Assembly: GCA_030141605.1 (NCBI GenBank) | Contig: JAQGDQ010000092.1 | Coordinates: 310,001 to 374,000 of the forward strand | Origin: Tubiluchus corallicola | Taxonomy: Eukaryota > Animalia > Priapulida | Direction: 5' to 3' | DNA length: 64,000 nt | In this document: piece by piece, positions 11,890 through 25,400 of the stretch | Layout of the letters: each line of letters begins with the position of its first letter | How positions within the stretch are numbered: position 1 is the stretch's first letter | Program-made: the position numbers and the translations under genes | The notes under the pieces: generated by a model | The model's database searches: none | Seen by the model: the letters and a program-made list of their open reading frames with translations, nothing else | What the model was told of the DNA's origin: nothing

Positions 11890-14800
11890 ATGTTTTTGAC
11901 AGCTGCCTTGAGCGTTTTAATTATCACAGGTGATCAATTAGTGGTAAGTATAATTTCTTTTATACAAACGCATTTTGTATAAATATGATGAGGTAATGTT
12001 GAGATAAATATTCAAGAGAATTTAAAAAAAACACTTGAAAAATGTTTGAGTTATTCTTGAAGATAAAAAGTACATAATAAACGCCTCGAAAATATAGATA
12101 TTGAGATATTATTGTTGCGTGCTTACTGTTAATCTAGAATATTGTGATCACTATAACTAACATTTTCACAGCTAATCAATAATTATGACCGATTAAGCCA
12201 AATTTTGTTAACTACGAAGAGTAGCCAATCTATTATAGAACAATGTTAATAAATGATATAAAACTGCAGAGGATATTCCAGACTTTGCAACATTAGCATT
12301 AAGTAAGCAACAAGTACGTACTAGAGGACTAAATTCAAGAAGTAATTATTTAAAAAAGACTATTGTTTGTACAAACGTTCGTACTGCATGTGTATTTGAT
12401 ATCGACTAACAGGTATTTACAGTGCAATAATGTATGTGTGGAAAAATCATATGTACGTTACATCGTTTTTGATTCATATAGGTTGGCCAATATCAATCAG
12501 AACTGCAAATAGACCCAAGTCTCATTAGAAGTCAATCTCAAGTGGTGTCCAGAGCTGCCGGCCAGAACTACTATGGCAATCCTTCAAGAACTCGGCCGGA
12601 CCGTGGAAGTGAAGGACTGCCTATTAAGTTGTCGGTGAACCATTTAACACAGTCCCAAAATTATCAAAACCTGGGCGGGCGAGCACCTATCTATAGACCT
12701 ACTGACTCTTTTGAGAGACAAACAATTTATTCTCCTGCAGTTATTAACCCCGCATTGTTTAATCGTGCACGAGGTTACTCTCCTCAAGCTGTCACGTCAT
12801 ACAATCCGCAAAGGCAATTCGGAAGTCCAGCGGCTTTCAACGATGCCAGAAATCAAAGATATTTTGAACCTAGTGCTCCTACTGTTGCAAGCAACATACA
12901 ACAAGAAGCGCAGAGTACTCAGCCTCAAGGATCCAGCATTGCATACGGTATACCGCAAGGCGCGCGGTCATTCAGAAAAGCTTATCGGCCAGTTAACAAC
13001 GCTTACCAACAACCGGTGCTTCAAACAGTAGAGTCGTTTAGGTCTGTCTATCAACCCATTAATAATGTTCAGCAGCAACTGGTGCCTCAAACAACAGATC
13101 CTTTTGGTAGGAGCTATCAGCCAGTGAGTGCTATACAGCAACAGCGACAAGGTGCGTCCTCTGTGCCTACCCATCAGGGCGACGCCACCCAGCAGCAATC
13201 AAAGGAAAGGTATGGGAGCTCAGATGCTGCTAAAGCACTCATAGGAGATTTCTACGATTTTTACAACACAGAGGTACACGATGAAGGAGAGAAAAGAGCG
13301 GTATCGGCGACTGAAGAAAAGGTTTCAGTGGATTTTGAAAGTGTCACGCCTCAGGATGGAGATGTCGACAACGTCATTAAACGTAAGCCTGAACAAGAGA
13401 GGGCGAGAGAATGGGTGAGATAGGAAAAGACAGGCAGGAAGAAGAGGGGGATAGAGCGAAGGGGAGAGAAAAGAAAGAGAAACAAAGAGATGAGAGCGAG
13501 AAAGAGGAGTTGGAGATGCAGAAAAGGCAGAAAAGCGAGAGAAAACAAGAACAGAATTCTTTCATTTCACTTCAAAAAAGTAAAAAAGGAGAGGGTTAAT
13601 TTCATTTAAGTATTTTTGAATTAACTATTGTGTGTAATTATATTCTCGAAACAACGAATCAGCACATATATATATATATCCTCAACTAAAGTGTTAAGTG
13701 TAACACGTTTTTCTGCACTGCACGTGGTAGAAAAACTGCAATCAGTAACTGTATTATTCTGTGTTGTACATCCGCTCAAAATAAAGTTTATGTATAAAAA
13801 GAGAGGTGGAGCGTAACGAGGAGAGGGCAAGGGATACTATTGCAGTTTATGCCACCATCTCAAGCAATATACACACATATGACAGACAAAAATGTGAAAC
13901 CAAATATTGTACAAAATGACTAGCCATTTTGCTAAGTGTTAAAACAATCCAGGTAAAGCGTCTGAAATACTTTAGGCATTATGTAAGTTGCAAAAGTCTA
14001 TTCAGACAAAGTGTGCAGTACTCGGTCTTCGGATACTTTTCCTAAGAATTTTATAGAATGTTGAATAAACTCTAGTTAATGTAGAAACAAATGGCCAATT
14101 ATCTTGGGCTAATTTTCCTAAGAAATTTATATAGTACCAAATTTGTTTTAGGGATTGCGTGAAATAGGCCACGTTTGAGGAGAGGAGAGGAGAGAAGAGG
14201 TGAGGAGAAGAAAGGAGAGATACAAGTAAAAGCATAAAATAGACCTAGCAAGACACATGATGGACACACAGAGCAGACAGACAGATGACAAACAATAAAA
14301 AGATTGTTTTTGTGTTGTGAAACAAACCACAGTTTTAGTTTATTTTTTCTTTTATGAAATTAGTAACTGTTGGCGTGTTTAAATTTGGCAGGTATGGACG
14401 TGTCGTGCAATCCCGTATGTCGTTCAGTGGATGTTGCCATTCAGTTTCAACAGAAGGTTCCAACAACTGTGACCATAGTTACGCAAGCTAACCACGATCA
14501 TGACAATTGCAGATTCCAAGGGGAAGATTTAGACGAAGCGTACTTCGGCATTTCAATGTACGGTTGTGGTACAAGAGAAAGATTAAGCGTACGTAAATAA
14601 CACACGTATATATATATATATTAATTCTTTATTTGTCATAAAAACGGTTCCCTCATTATAATAAAATTGAGTTAGCCTCAGCGTAATGTTAAAATAACAA
14701 CACTGTTCAAGACAAATGCGTCCAGTGCATACTAAAAAACTAAAGTGCAAACTATATACAATATAATGAACATATTTACAAATACCATATTAAAATATTT

Positions 14801-17800
14801 TCACAAACAATTATAGGAAAGTACATTAAATTTTACATTACATAGTGCACACTATTTATACATTTAACATTACGAAACACGAAACTAACATAACACGTAT
14901 TACATTACATAATTTTTTTTAAAAAATTTCATTTTTAATCATTATATGGAGTCAGGGGCGGGGGTATATGAAAGTGGAGTCCGTGTAATTAGTATCAGAT
15001 GCACAATGTGGAAGTTGAAACCTGTTATATTGATATTCTTTTAATTTCTTTTTAAAGTGGTGGAGAGATTCTATTTGTTTTATTTCACTGGGTAGTAAGT
15101 TCCATAAATGTATGGCCTGTTTTGATATAGAGTTATTTCCAAATTTATTGTTTACTGTAATTTGCTTTAAATTGTATGTTCTAGTGTTCAATGTGGTATC
15201 AGGAATAAATGCCAAGGGATTGTTTATAAATGGAATGCTCAGTTTATTTATATATTTATAAAGAAATATCAGTGTTTTGTAATCTCGATAGGCTTCTAAT
15301 ATTGGTATTTTTGTGGACGTTCTTAAGCTTGTTGCAGAAGCAGCATGTTGTTTAGCAGTTTTGTTAGAGTAGCCATGAATTAATCTAAGTGCGTAGTTTT
15401 GCATCGTATTTAGTTTTCTAAAGTTTTCATATTTAACGTTTTGAAGTAAAGTGCAACCATATAGATAATGTGGTAATATTAGACTTTTGTAGATGAGAAT
15501 TTTTGTTTTCTTGGTTAGATGGCCTCTGGTTTGGCGTAAGAATGTCGTGCTTAATGCCATCTTGTTGTGTATTTGATGAAACTGTTCATCAAATGACGTT
15601 GTAACTTGTCCGAGGTGTCACACAAATGAGACACAAGACGACAATGAGTCACGCTTTTTAGTGTAATATGTCCGTCATTCTTAATGCTGACAGCGCCTTT
15701 TTTGGTCTTCCAGCGTGTGAGTGCAACCCCATAGATTTTGGCGGAAATACAGCTATTAAGAGTGCTTTTATCAATTCTAGAGAAAATGGCAAAATGATTT
15801 TTTTCCTAAATAGATCACCCAACCGAGCGAATATATTTATTTCATGTACATTCCACTTAAGTGAACATTTGGCCCCAGCAAAGCGAACAAAACTGTGCGG
15901 CCTGCAAATTCACATCACTAGATTAAATCATACAGACGGGTTTTATAAAAAAATAACACAGACTTCTTAATGCCCTCTGTCCTCTAATTGGCAGTTATAA
16001 CCACATTCAAACGATGAAATTTTTTCACCAGTTGAACAGTTTCTCTTCGAGTAACGTGCTAAAGAAACCATTCAATTTCGAACTGAAATTTGCCTGCAAG
16101 TTTCCAACGTATGACAGCTTTGTTGCCCAAACATTTACACTTACACAACAATAGAGATTTTTTACAAAGTATCGAAGGCTTAAATTGTGGTCACTGTGAA
16201 CGTACGTTCTATTAACTATAAATTTATTCCGTAAAATTTCTACTGTCAAGGAGTTAAATGGCGACAGAATTTAACATTAATTGCTAATTTCTGCAGCAGG
16301 AGTGTGACACAGTTTTGTAATACATTTGTTTTAAACCCTGAGGCGTGAGCACTGACTAGAAGTCACTAGGTGGTGTGAAAGGAGCATGCATCAATCGTCT
16401 TTGCTTTAACCTTAATAATTCATTTGTTTGTTCGGTATTCTGTTAATTAATTCTTCAAAACTGACGGGTGCCAGCTGCCAACTGTTTCATTGAGCATGAC
16501 CGGCATTTTATACAGCCAGTCTTGTGACACAGGTGGTAAGCGGCACCCCATTTACGACCAAAAATTGCCGCAGGATAAAATGTTAATCGAGCTTTGTCGA
16601 TTACGTTTACAAGTTAATGTTAACTATTCTAAACGCATTTGAATTTATGCTGTTAAGATCTCTTAATAATTCACCTGGAGTTCACGCACAGGTCTGGCGC
16701 AATCATGGTACCTAAGTGATTCAAAGCTCACATATTATTGTGCATTTCTTAAAATTGGTATTATTGTAAATACAATAGTCATACATGATCTTAATTTCGA
16801 GATTACTGATGGCACAAACCCAATTTTGCGTTTTGCAACGGCTCTTGTTCGAAAGACAAAGTAAGAGTACAATTATTATTAATGCACATGAATAAGTAAC
16901 ACAAAGCCCTTTCCAGATTTATTCACTGTTTGCAAACAACATGTTGAATTTATCCAAAAAAGAGCTGTGACAAATTTTGATTGACTATTGACAACTAAAT
17001 CTGACTTTCACGTTTACGTAAAGCCTGTACCTTCGGGGTAATTTAAAGCTATTTTAGCTACAGTGTATTAAGACATTTACAATTGCAACCACTAGAATTA
17101 AGGACAACTGCCTTCTTCAATTGCTTAAGTGTTCAGTGCTGTTTTACAGTTTTAAAGTTGTGACTACGGAACTGGAACTAGAAGTATTTTTCTAGTTGTA
17201 TATGTTATAGATATTTTTCATCTTTCAGCATTTAGCGCTTAATTTTACAAAAAGATGCGTACAAATTAATTTTTTCAAAAAGCAGACCGTGAGAGCGATT
17301 TGTCTGCTAGTTTTTAAATTTTTCATTATGTATTTTTTGTTCTATTTAGACCGATATCTTCATTTTGTGATGTATAAATGAGTGACTTGTATGTGTATGT
17401 GTCAATACACTCTGTATTAATAGATACACTAGGGGGGTATTTATAGCTGTAAACACTGTTAAAAACAACTGTTAAATAAACAAAAAGTATATGTCACCTG
17501 TATATTTACAGGATGACCAAAGTTACGGTTACGGCAAGGTGGAATACGGAAACGTTCTCTCCTTAAGCATTCATGATAAAGACAAAGTTCAGGAAGTCAG
17601 ACATTATCCCATATCTTGCGCAGTGTCTGGCTACGAACAGCAGAAAATAACAGAGTACGTTTCAAAACTGTAAGTATAACCATACCTGCGTGCCTTTAAC
17701 AAGTTCACTTTGTTACTCGCTTACTTCAGTTGGCTCCCTGGAAACCGTATTCCTTGGAAACCTTTGTTTTCTTTACTTATTATTATGACAGACTTCGGAT

Positions 17801-20366
17801 GATGGCCTTCATTCTGAGGGCTACAATGCCTGAAAATATTTTTCTAGTCCATTTTGCTACCAAGTTTCGTGGGCTGTGATGTTATGTGATAAGCTGAACA
17901 GACTACTGATTGATTGCGGAATCTGTGGCAACCCGTGTGTAGCACTACAGTGTTTTTTAGGACTTGTTCCCTGGTTTCTCTGCAGTCTAGTTATGCTGTG
18001 GATTTTAAATTTCTATTACGTTCAACGCTTATTCAATTACAGATTACTCATAAGAACTTCGGGTATTTTAGTTCGCTCAAGGCCTAGTGTGGATACCGCG
18101 TAAGTTTACATGAGCTAATAAAAACACATAACTGACATAACTCGTCGAATGTTTCGGCATTTCACTCATCTTCCAATGGCTTCACAATATTTTAGGCATT
18201 TTACGAAACCGCCAATGGTCTCTCATTTTCGGCAATTTTTATGTTTCCTTTCTTCACTCGCTTTCTTCCAGCTATGGTATTCCCTAGCAGCTTCACGACC
18301 ATACGTCTTTCAATATTTTCGTTTATTCTGAGATATTTTCAGTTAGATCACAAACAGATGATGTCTTAGATATTTAAACATATGTTTCATGTTAACTGAC
18401 TTAACAGTGCTCATAATTTTTATTTTGCAGTCCATTAAAAGCCTTGCATGTTTCTTACATAAAGTTTAATGACAAGTTACTTTCTTATAGGATTAGTAAA
18501 GGAGTAAATGTGTCAGAAGCTCATTTAGCCATCCCTAATCATTGCGTTCATCTAAAAGAAATTATGAACAAACTTGACCGTAAGTAAATTATTATTTACA
18601 ATTTTGTTAACATGAAACTGTAACCATCTAAAAAACAAACTAACTGGAAAGTATTGTATGCCGAATAAATTTCTTTAAAGGAAAACAGGATGATTTTTCA
18701 TATACTACCCCATTTTCATGTCCGACAAAAACTATACATTTTAACACGATTAATACTGCATCAGCGTTTCTGATAAATAAATAATAGATTAAAAAAACTT
18801 AATTAACAGCGGGCGAGTCCTACTATTGATGACATCACAAACTAACATAATTTTCAACTGCAAAAACATTCCACGAGCGTGTTGCACGTGTTTGCGAAAG
18901 GGAAAATTGAAGTATAGCACTACTGTAAGATATTTAGTGTGTTGTATTAAAACTAGGCAAGTGTTAAGATAAAAATACTAATTTCAAATTTGCCGCTATG
19001 CTCACACATGAGCTGTCAAACGTGTGCAATTCGTCAGAAGCTAACACATTTGAACTGAGAGGTACTGCGCCTGTTTTTTGTGCAATGCGTTTCCGAAATG
19101 TAGGTGCTAGTGCCTGTCTAACTAGCGAATGGCGAAATGCATGTTACAGCAAATAACTAATGACACGAACGCGAAATTGTGTTTGTGTGGTAATAATTCT
19201 TTCACATCATTCTTAAAAAAATGGCGTTTCCTTTTAATGTTTTAAAGAGTAGATTGTTTTGACTATAAGATTTGTTTTTGCTTCTTAATTCAGCAGTGTA
19301 CTGAACAATTAAATTACGCTAAGTCGTACAAACATATAGACAAACCCACGTTTTCATCATTTTAGTAAATATAGCCCTTATTTGCAACAACTCCAAACTC
19401 AGAAATAATATTTATTAATGTTCACTTTTCTGTTAGCTGTTGGGTTAGGAGAAAGTTGTCTACTAAGTATGCAATGTCCTGGAAAATCTGTATGTAAGCG
19501 TGACAGAGGAGTTAAAAGACGTCATTGTTTGTGTGACACGGGATATGAAATACGGCACGGAGTATGTGACAAAGGTAAACGTTCTTATTTTACAGTGACA
19601 TATGATCAAGTGTTCCAGATCTACCTATGACCTTGACTTAACTGTGAACGTATGGCATGCGAAGAGCAATTCTAAAATATGCGATGAACTACTACTGCTT
19701 GAACAAATTTGGTTTGTTTTGGTAGGCAAATGACAATCGCTTTTTTAAGAAAGTTTCCAATTTTTTGCATACGTACGCCCATTTTTACTGTAAAACGAAT
19801 TTTGTGCTTTTTTTATTTCTCTTTAGCTCCACGAAACGGGGACTTTTGTGAAGCAAATCAAGACTGTAGCAGATCTGACGGAGCAGCATACTACTGCAAT
19901 ATTAATGCCAACAGATGTGCAATAAGTATGTTTAAATTTAAGAAAAATTATATGCATTATATTTCAAGCACAAACAAAAATGCATTTGTTTTAAACAAGA
20001 CTTGAACCGTTGATCATCCAGCTAACAAACCAGCAGATAGATAAGCTTTGAGAAACCAGCTAAAATGCAGTCTAACTCTAAACCTCTTCGATTTTTCTTG
20101 TTACATGTTTTACAAGTTTGGTGCATTACTGGCCTTGTAATGTGAAACCCATTGGAAACTTGTTTAAATTTTGTTTTTATTCGATTTCATTTGCTTCTCT
20201 GATTATTGTTCACATTCATTTAGGTGTACCTCTTGGTGCAAAGTGTTTTGACAATTTGGAATGTGGGACACCCGTACGTTATTGTCATCCAGTTCATGAA
20301 GTTTGCACATGTAATCCTCTACTGTCTGCTGAAGCATGTCATACTGGCAGAACAGCAAAAAAATAA
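11890..20366 (+). CDS. Secreted ~592-aa protein: signal peptide, Q/P/S/Y-rich low-complexity region, ZP-N-like domain, three EB-like Cys-rich modules; 8 exons
   Basis: Exons 11890-11943, 12482-13382, 14392-14588, 17512-17669, 18491-18579, 19437-19574, 19827-19925 and 20224-20366. All introns are GT-AG with matching phases (0,1,0,2,1,1,1); total 1779 nt open. ZP-N hallmarks: DVSC, NC, ISMYGCGT, EYGNVLSL, YPISC. EB-like modules: LGESC..QC..SVC..CLCDTG..C; NGDFC..DC..YC..C; LGAKC..EC..YC..CTC. AATAAA at 20393. Confidence 0.85.
14607..15595 (-). mobile_element. 5'-truncated non-LTR retrotransposon (CR1/L2-group-like) 3' fragment in intron 3 of the ZP-N gene
   Basis: ORF 14952-15560 encodes the post-RT C-terminus (KILIYKSLILPHYLYG, LNTMQNYALRLI, LWNLLPSEIK...FKKKLK). 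On the minus strand it ends in AATAAA plus a (TA)n tail at ~14607-14632. Confidence 0.85.
18675..19270 (+). mobile_element. Partial copy of a non-autonomous DNA transposon starting TTAA|AGG (Kolobok-like end), in intron 5 of the ZP-N gene
   Basis: About 600 bp aligns by eye, in inverted orientation, to 62630-63238 (e.g. ctaactagcgaatggcgaaatgcatg, tattgatgacatcacaaactaacataattttcaac). Homology starts exactly at ttaaagg. Confidence 0.8.
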
Positions 20367-20392
20367 TCAACGATGAAAGTGTTTGTTTGAGT

Positions 20393-20398
20393 AATAAA
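20393..20398 (+). terminator. Polyadenylation signal of the ZP-N/EB gene
   Basis: AATAAA 26 nt after the TAA stop at 20366. Confidence 0.65.
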
Positions 20399-21316
20399 AT
20401 ATGTAATTGATCATCATTGACCATATCTGTTTTTTTACTAGTTTAAGGCAAATTAGGAAATGTAATATTGAAACACTGCAACATAAAGAAGCATACTTCA
20501 AAGCAAACTAACTTATTAAGCAATGAACTTATAAAAGTAGAAAACATGAAAATTTTAGCTGCAGCCTGTATTCATGTTTCTACATACTAACTTGGTTGCA
20601 TCACTTCAATAGTTGTAGTTAAATATACACGTTTACATAAAATACATATCATACATTTTTTTACATTTTTATACATATTTTAAGCGTTTCAGTTGGTTTT
20701 GTCCCAATATTTTAAGCTTGCAAAAAGAAAACAAAAAACTCTGTGAATCCCTTTGTTCTCCTACGGGAACTACTAATGCAGATTTTCTAGCAAGCCATGT
20801 AAATCAATGCAAGGACAACCACATACAATTTCATCAACTACATTGTACAGTACCTTATCAATGAAGATTAAGTAACGGGAGCCTGATCAACCAATGTGCT
20901 AAAGTACTTTTTGTTAATTTTGAATCAGTTATTAATAATAAGTTTCTTGTTCGCAAAACGTAATTATTGAATTGCATTTTGGCCATTTATCGGCATTACC
21001 TTATGTGAGTTTGCAAGGTAGCTGTAGATTGTAAATACAATACAATGTTCACTAGTTGTCAAAGCCTCTGTCGTCAAGGCACAATCCACACGGCTCACAT
21101 TAGTCAAACCTAGATAACTTTAATAAATGTGGGTTTATTACGTCATTAATTGACAATCTTGAAACTAAGACAATAAATTATCAATTGATTGCCCTTTTTA
21201 GACCTTAAATTTTTAACAAAAAATTATTTTAATTAATCATTAATTACTCTAGTGTGAGAAAACTAATACTGGTAAACGCTCGAGTGATTGATGAGCTAAT
21301 AGAACTTATCATAAGG

Positions 21317-21390
21317 ACCAGTGTGGTCTAGTAATCATGGCAATGGATTTGTATTACAAAGGTCTCTGGCTCAAATTGAGACTCAAGCTG
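21317..21390 (+). mobile_element. Possible degenerate tRNA-derived SINE head
   Basis: A-box-like tggtctagta and B-box-like ggctcaaat at tRNA-like spacing, with no intact cloverleaf. Confidence 0.3.
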
Positions 21391-21828
21391 TGCTTTTTTG
21401 TATTTCTTTCCTATCACTTACATTTACTTCTAAAAATTCAATTGCAGTTTCTTCATCATTAACTGATAGACTAGAAATTAAGAAATAAGTAATTAAACAG
21501 CTGATTAAAACAGTTATCAAACAATATTTATTTAAAATAAATAAAGCAGCTAATACAATTCCTATGACTGGAACAATACCTTGACTATCAATAAAACAAT
21601 ATTCATCTACAATTTGCCCTCGTGCTTGCAAAAATTAACTTGCATAATATTGAATGGGCTACCCAATTCTTGTGCTATTTCTAAGCCAAAGAGATGTGCG
21701 TTACTCCAGAAACAAACTTCATAGCAACACTTTTTTATCAGATTGTGCAGAAATTTTGGGAACTAAATGCACAGCCAAAATGGTCAAAATAACCCAAAAA
21801 AATGTCGTTCATTGATTTTGTAACTTAG

Positions 21829-21883
21829 AACTCTTGGCAGACATAGTGTGATAACTTCAAGTGACTATAGTTGTCAAGAGTTA
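21829..21883. mobile_element. Tiny inverted-repeat element with a piggyBac-like gagTTAA end
   Basis: aactcttggcagacatagt ... actatagttgtcaagagttaa. Similar ends occur at ~16247-16258 (tcaaggagttaa) and ~62467-62479 (tgaaagagttaa). Confidence 0.35.
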
Positions 21884-22410
21884 ATTTAAATCACTAGCTA
21901 TCAAGCAAAGTTCTGTGTAATTTGTTCAAAAAATAAGTTGTGCAATCATGGTCTTATTGCCTTGACACATTACAAATCGAAAATATAACACGAGCATGAG
22001 CAAGACCGTAAGACGGTCATATTCGAACAATTTTAAAAAATCTATTTACAATCAACTAACAGGTCTTTACATTTAAATCACTTAATTAGAATCACAATTT
22101 CGTACTACAAAAAAGAATAAAAAAAAATCAGAAAACAGGCTCTGTTGAATTTTGTTGAAAACAGTTCACAATGAATCACCTCCATATGTCACCTTATATT
22201 CAATATACTTACTCAAACATGAGTAATGGTTAACTTCAGACAAGATCTGCCAAATTTCATTAAGACATGCATAATGTTCTCTTTAAACATAGAACAAGGA
22301 TTGTTATAACATAAAGCATTCCAAACAAATGCATAGCAGTGAGCAGTGAACAACAACTACCAAAACTACTTTCCAGTCAGTTAGTCTCAGTTACAGTGTT
22401 CTTCAGCTGA

Positions 22411-25400
22411 TCAAGGAGTTTCCGTTGGTGTAGATGTGCGAGGCTCCATTGTCCCTAAATGTAGACATATGTATTTTTTGGTTACTATCTATCATGCTAC
22501 TTTATGTTAAAGTAAATATAAGAATTATTATAAAAATATTATTGTTTATAACTGATTGCAAATGTAGCACAAGACTTGTTGATAATACAATGCTAGTTTC
22601 CCAGCAGCAGAAAATGCAGAGTTCACAGGCAGCCCAACTGTGAGCAATTCATTTGCATCCGAAGGAAAGAGAGAGTACAAGTGACCACTCGAGTGCTACC
22701 AACTGCGAATACAAGTGCACAATTTAAAAGATACAAAAAAAGACAATGTAACACAAAACACTTTAGAATTTTTCTTAAAAGACCTCATTTGCGAACCACG
22801 AAATCTACAGAAAGCAAGAATTTGCATTTGCATTTGCATTCTTAAATGAAAAAAGGACTTCTTAAATGATCTTAATGTTTTCACATAATTCACTACATAG
22901 TAGTATTAGTTTTAGTAATGATAGTAATAGTAGCAGTAATAGTAGTAGTAGTAGCAGCAGCAGCTGCAACACTTATTAATAAAATAAGTGTTAACAAACA
23001 AAATTTTATATACAGACTGCTGTTAAAATTCAATGTTATTTTCAACAACCAATCCTCAGTACTACTGTTGCTGCTACACTGAATTAGAAAAGAAACAAAC
23101 TATTAATTTGAATTAGCCAAAATAATCCTAAAGCAAGTGGATCTGTCAAATGAAAGTACTGTTATTTTATAATCTAGATTCGAATTTAGATTAGAATTTT
23201 ATAATCTAAGTTACTGTTAATTTACAAACAGTTCTTACAGTGAATCTAGCGCAAAAGACACTAGGACTTATTCAAACTTCACTGCTACTATGTTTCTGAG
23301 AAAGTTATAAAAGTTTTGGTGATTTTTTCCAGATTTTTAAAAGTAGAATTGAAAAACCTTTTTGACAAACTGTGTTTTAAGCGGTTTTGTGTTCTTTTTG
23401 CAGTTACAGAATACAGCTTAATGATCATGTAACAAATATATAAATAAGCATACATACCACGTGTCACCACATGTGGTGGAAAGACAGGTCTATCATGAAA
23501 CACAGGCAAAGAAGTCCCATCCTGAGGAGGCATTGGATCCCGAGGAGCAGATTCTCTCCGATATTCTGGAGAAGGGCTTCGTGATCGTCGTAAATGAGGC
23601 GAATAAGCTCGCCTTTCATAGCGGCGACGTCGCTCGTCATCCGGAGATGGGCTTCGCCTAAACTCAGGGGAGTGCCGATATGAATACCTGTGACCATCTG
23701 GAGATGGACTACGCCTATAATCAGGAGAGTAATCACGTGGTGATCTGCGACCATCTGGAGAAACACTACGACGGTACCGATCATAAGGTGATCGACCTCG
23801 TTCGGGAGATAATGATTGCCTTCGTAGACTCCATCTATCATGTGGTGAAGCATCACTTCTATCGTAAGAACCTCTTCTATCAGTCGCAGGAGAGTGACCT
23901 CTCTCATAGGAATCTCTTTTATCAGATGGTGGAGAGCGACCTCTCTCATAAGAACTTCTTCTGTCTGAGGGAGGAGAATGACCTCTTCTGTCATATGGAG
24001 AATTACTTCTGCGATCATACTGAGGAGAACTGCTTCTGTAATAAGAAGGGGAGTCTCCTCTCCTGTCATGAGGAGAGTGTGGAGGCCTCGCATATGGTGA
24101 CCGAGAGCCAGCAAATGGAGGAGGAGAAATAATTGGACCCTGTGATGGAACATATGGTGACCCAGAGCGTTTCATTTGATCCAGAGGAACCATCGGGCGT
24201 GGCGGCGGCATAAAAGGAGAAGGGAATCTGCCTGGTGGCCTGTAAAAGACAAAAGCAATAAGTACAATAGGGTTGCAGCAAGTGATTAAATAATGATGTT
24301 GGATCACCATTCATGTCATTCAAATATCATAATCCAAATCAGTGCTGTCATTAAAAGGAAGTGGTGATGAACAGGACAGAATGAGAAGGTAAGACAAATG
24401 AGGATGAAAAAACAAGAACCTAAACTATAAATTTTCTCAGGTGGTACAATTGACCACGGGGGAGATCAATGGAGAAAGTGAATTGGCAGAATCTCTGCAA
24501 AAAATGAAAACAATTATACTAAAAATAAAAAATTTATTGTGGAATTAAAAATGAAATTTATTTTTTACTTAAAATTTTTAAAATAGTGAAAAGTAATTTC
24601 TACAACCGAAGAATAACATCAGGTAACCAGTAATTAAAAAAATAATGTGCAAACTCTTCAAAGTTCAGTTTCAGATATAGAAGTGCACAGAGATAAAAGG
24701 CCGGAGAAAAAACTGATTTTAGCCTATAAGCAGCTGGATAGGAATGTCCAGTCAAAGTACAAAAAGTAGCAGCAAGAGCAAACTGCAGGTGTTTAGGAAC
24801 TGACGAAGAGTGGTCATTATGCACACTTTTTCACAAAAAAAGAGAATTAAAGGAACTGTAATGCAGTAAGAGATTGCAAGTGTGCCCACAAATCAGAGCA
24901 TGACAAGTAAAATGCAAATTAAAACCTGTTAGATGCAGCAGTTTTAACTGTTAATTAGAATTTTCACACTTTACAATACGTAAAGGTCAAATATTATAAT
25001 ACTTTTGAAAATATTGCAAGTGTAAGGTATTGAATTAGCAGTTATAGTTATTCTCTATAGAAAGCATAATTAGCGCTTTAAAAACACCATATTATCATTT
25101 GAAATTTGGATCCGCATGTAACAAGAATCTTATATACATACATTAAAAAAGGTGGAGGCAATGGTCTATCAAGAGGCAGACGACCAGTTGGCAAAAAAGG
25201 GCGTGGCATTAATGGTGGAGGTACCATCATTGGTGGTCCCGGAAGTTTCTGTATTCTGCCGTCTATAGAATTATCTGCACTGGGGACAGGTGATGTTTCT
25301 GTTCCGGTGACAGGTGACACCCCCACGCTGCCCTGACTCTCGTTACCTGCTCCAATTATAAATTCAGGACCTGTCAAGATATAAACACTTCCATTAAAAA

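Noticed and set aside
13411-13599. Charged E/K/R-rich ORF
   Set aside because: Purine-rich low-complexity intron sequence downstream of the donor at 13383.
15600-16535. hAT-like element with gtgtcaca/tgtgacac ends
   Set aside because: Only short, ambiguous terminal matches; no TSD or transposase remnant that I can support.
23288-24310. Independent SR splicing-factor gene
   Set aside because: No RRM; it splices in phase onto the TANGO1 Pro-rich exon.
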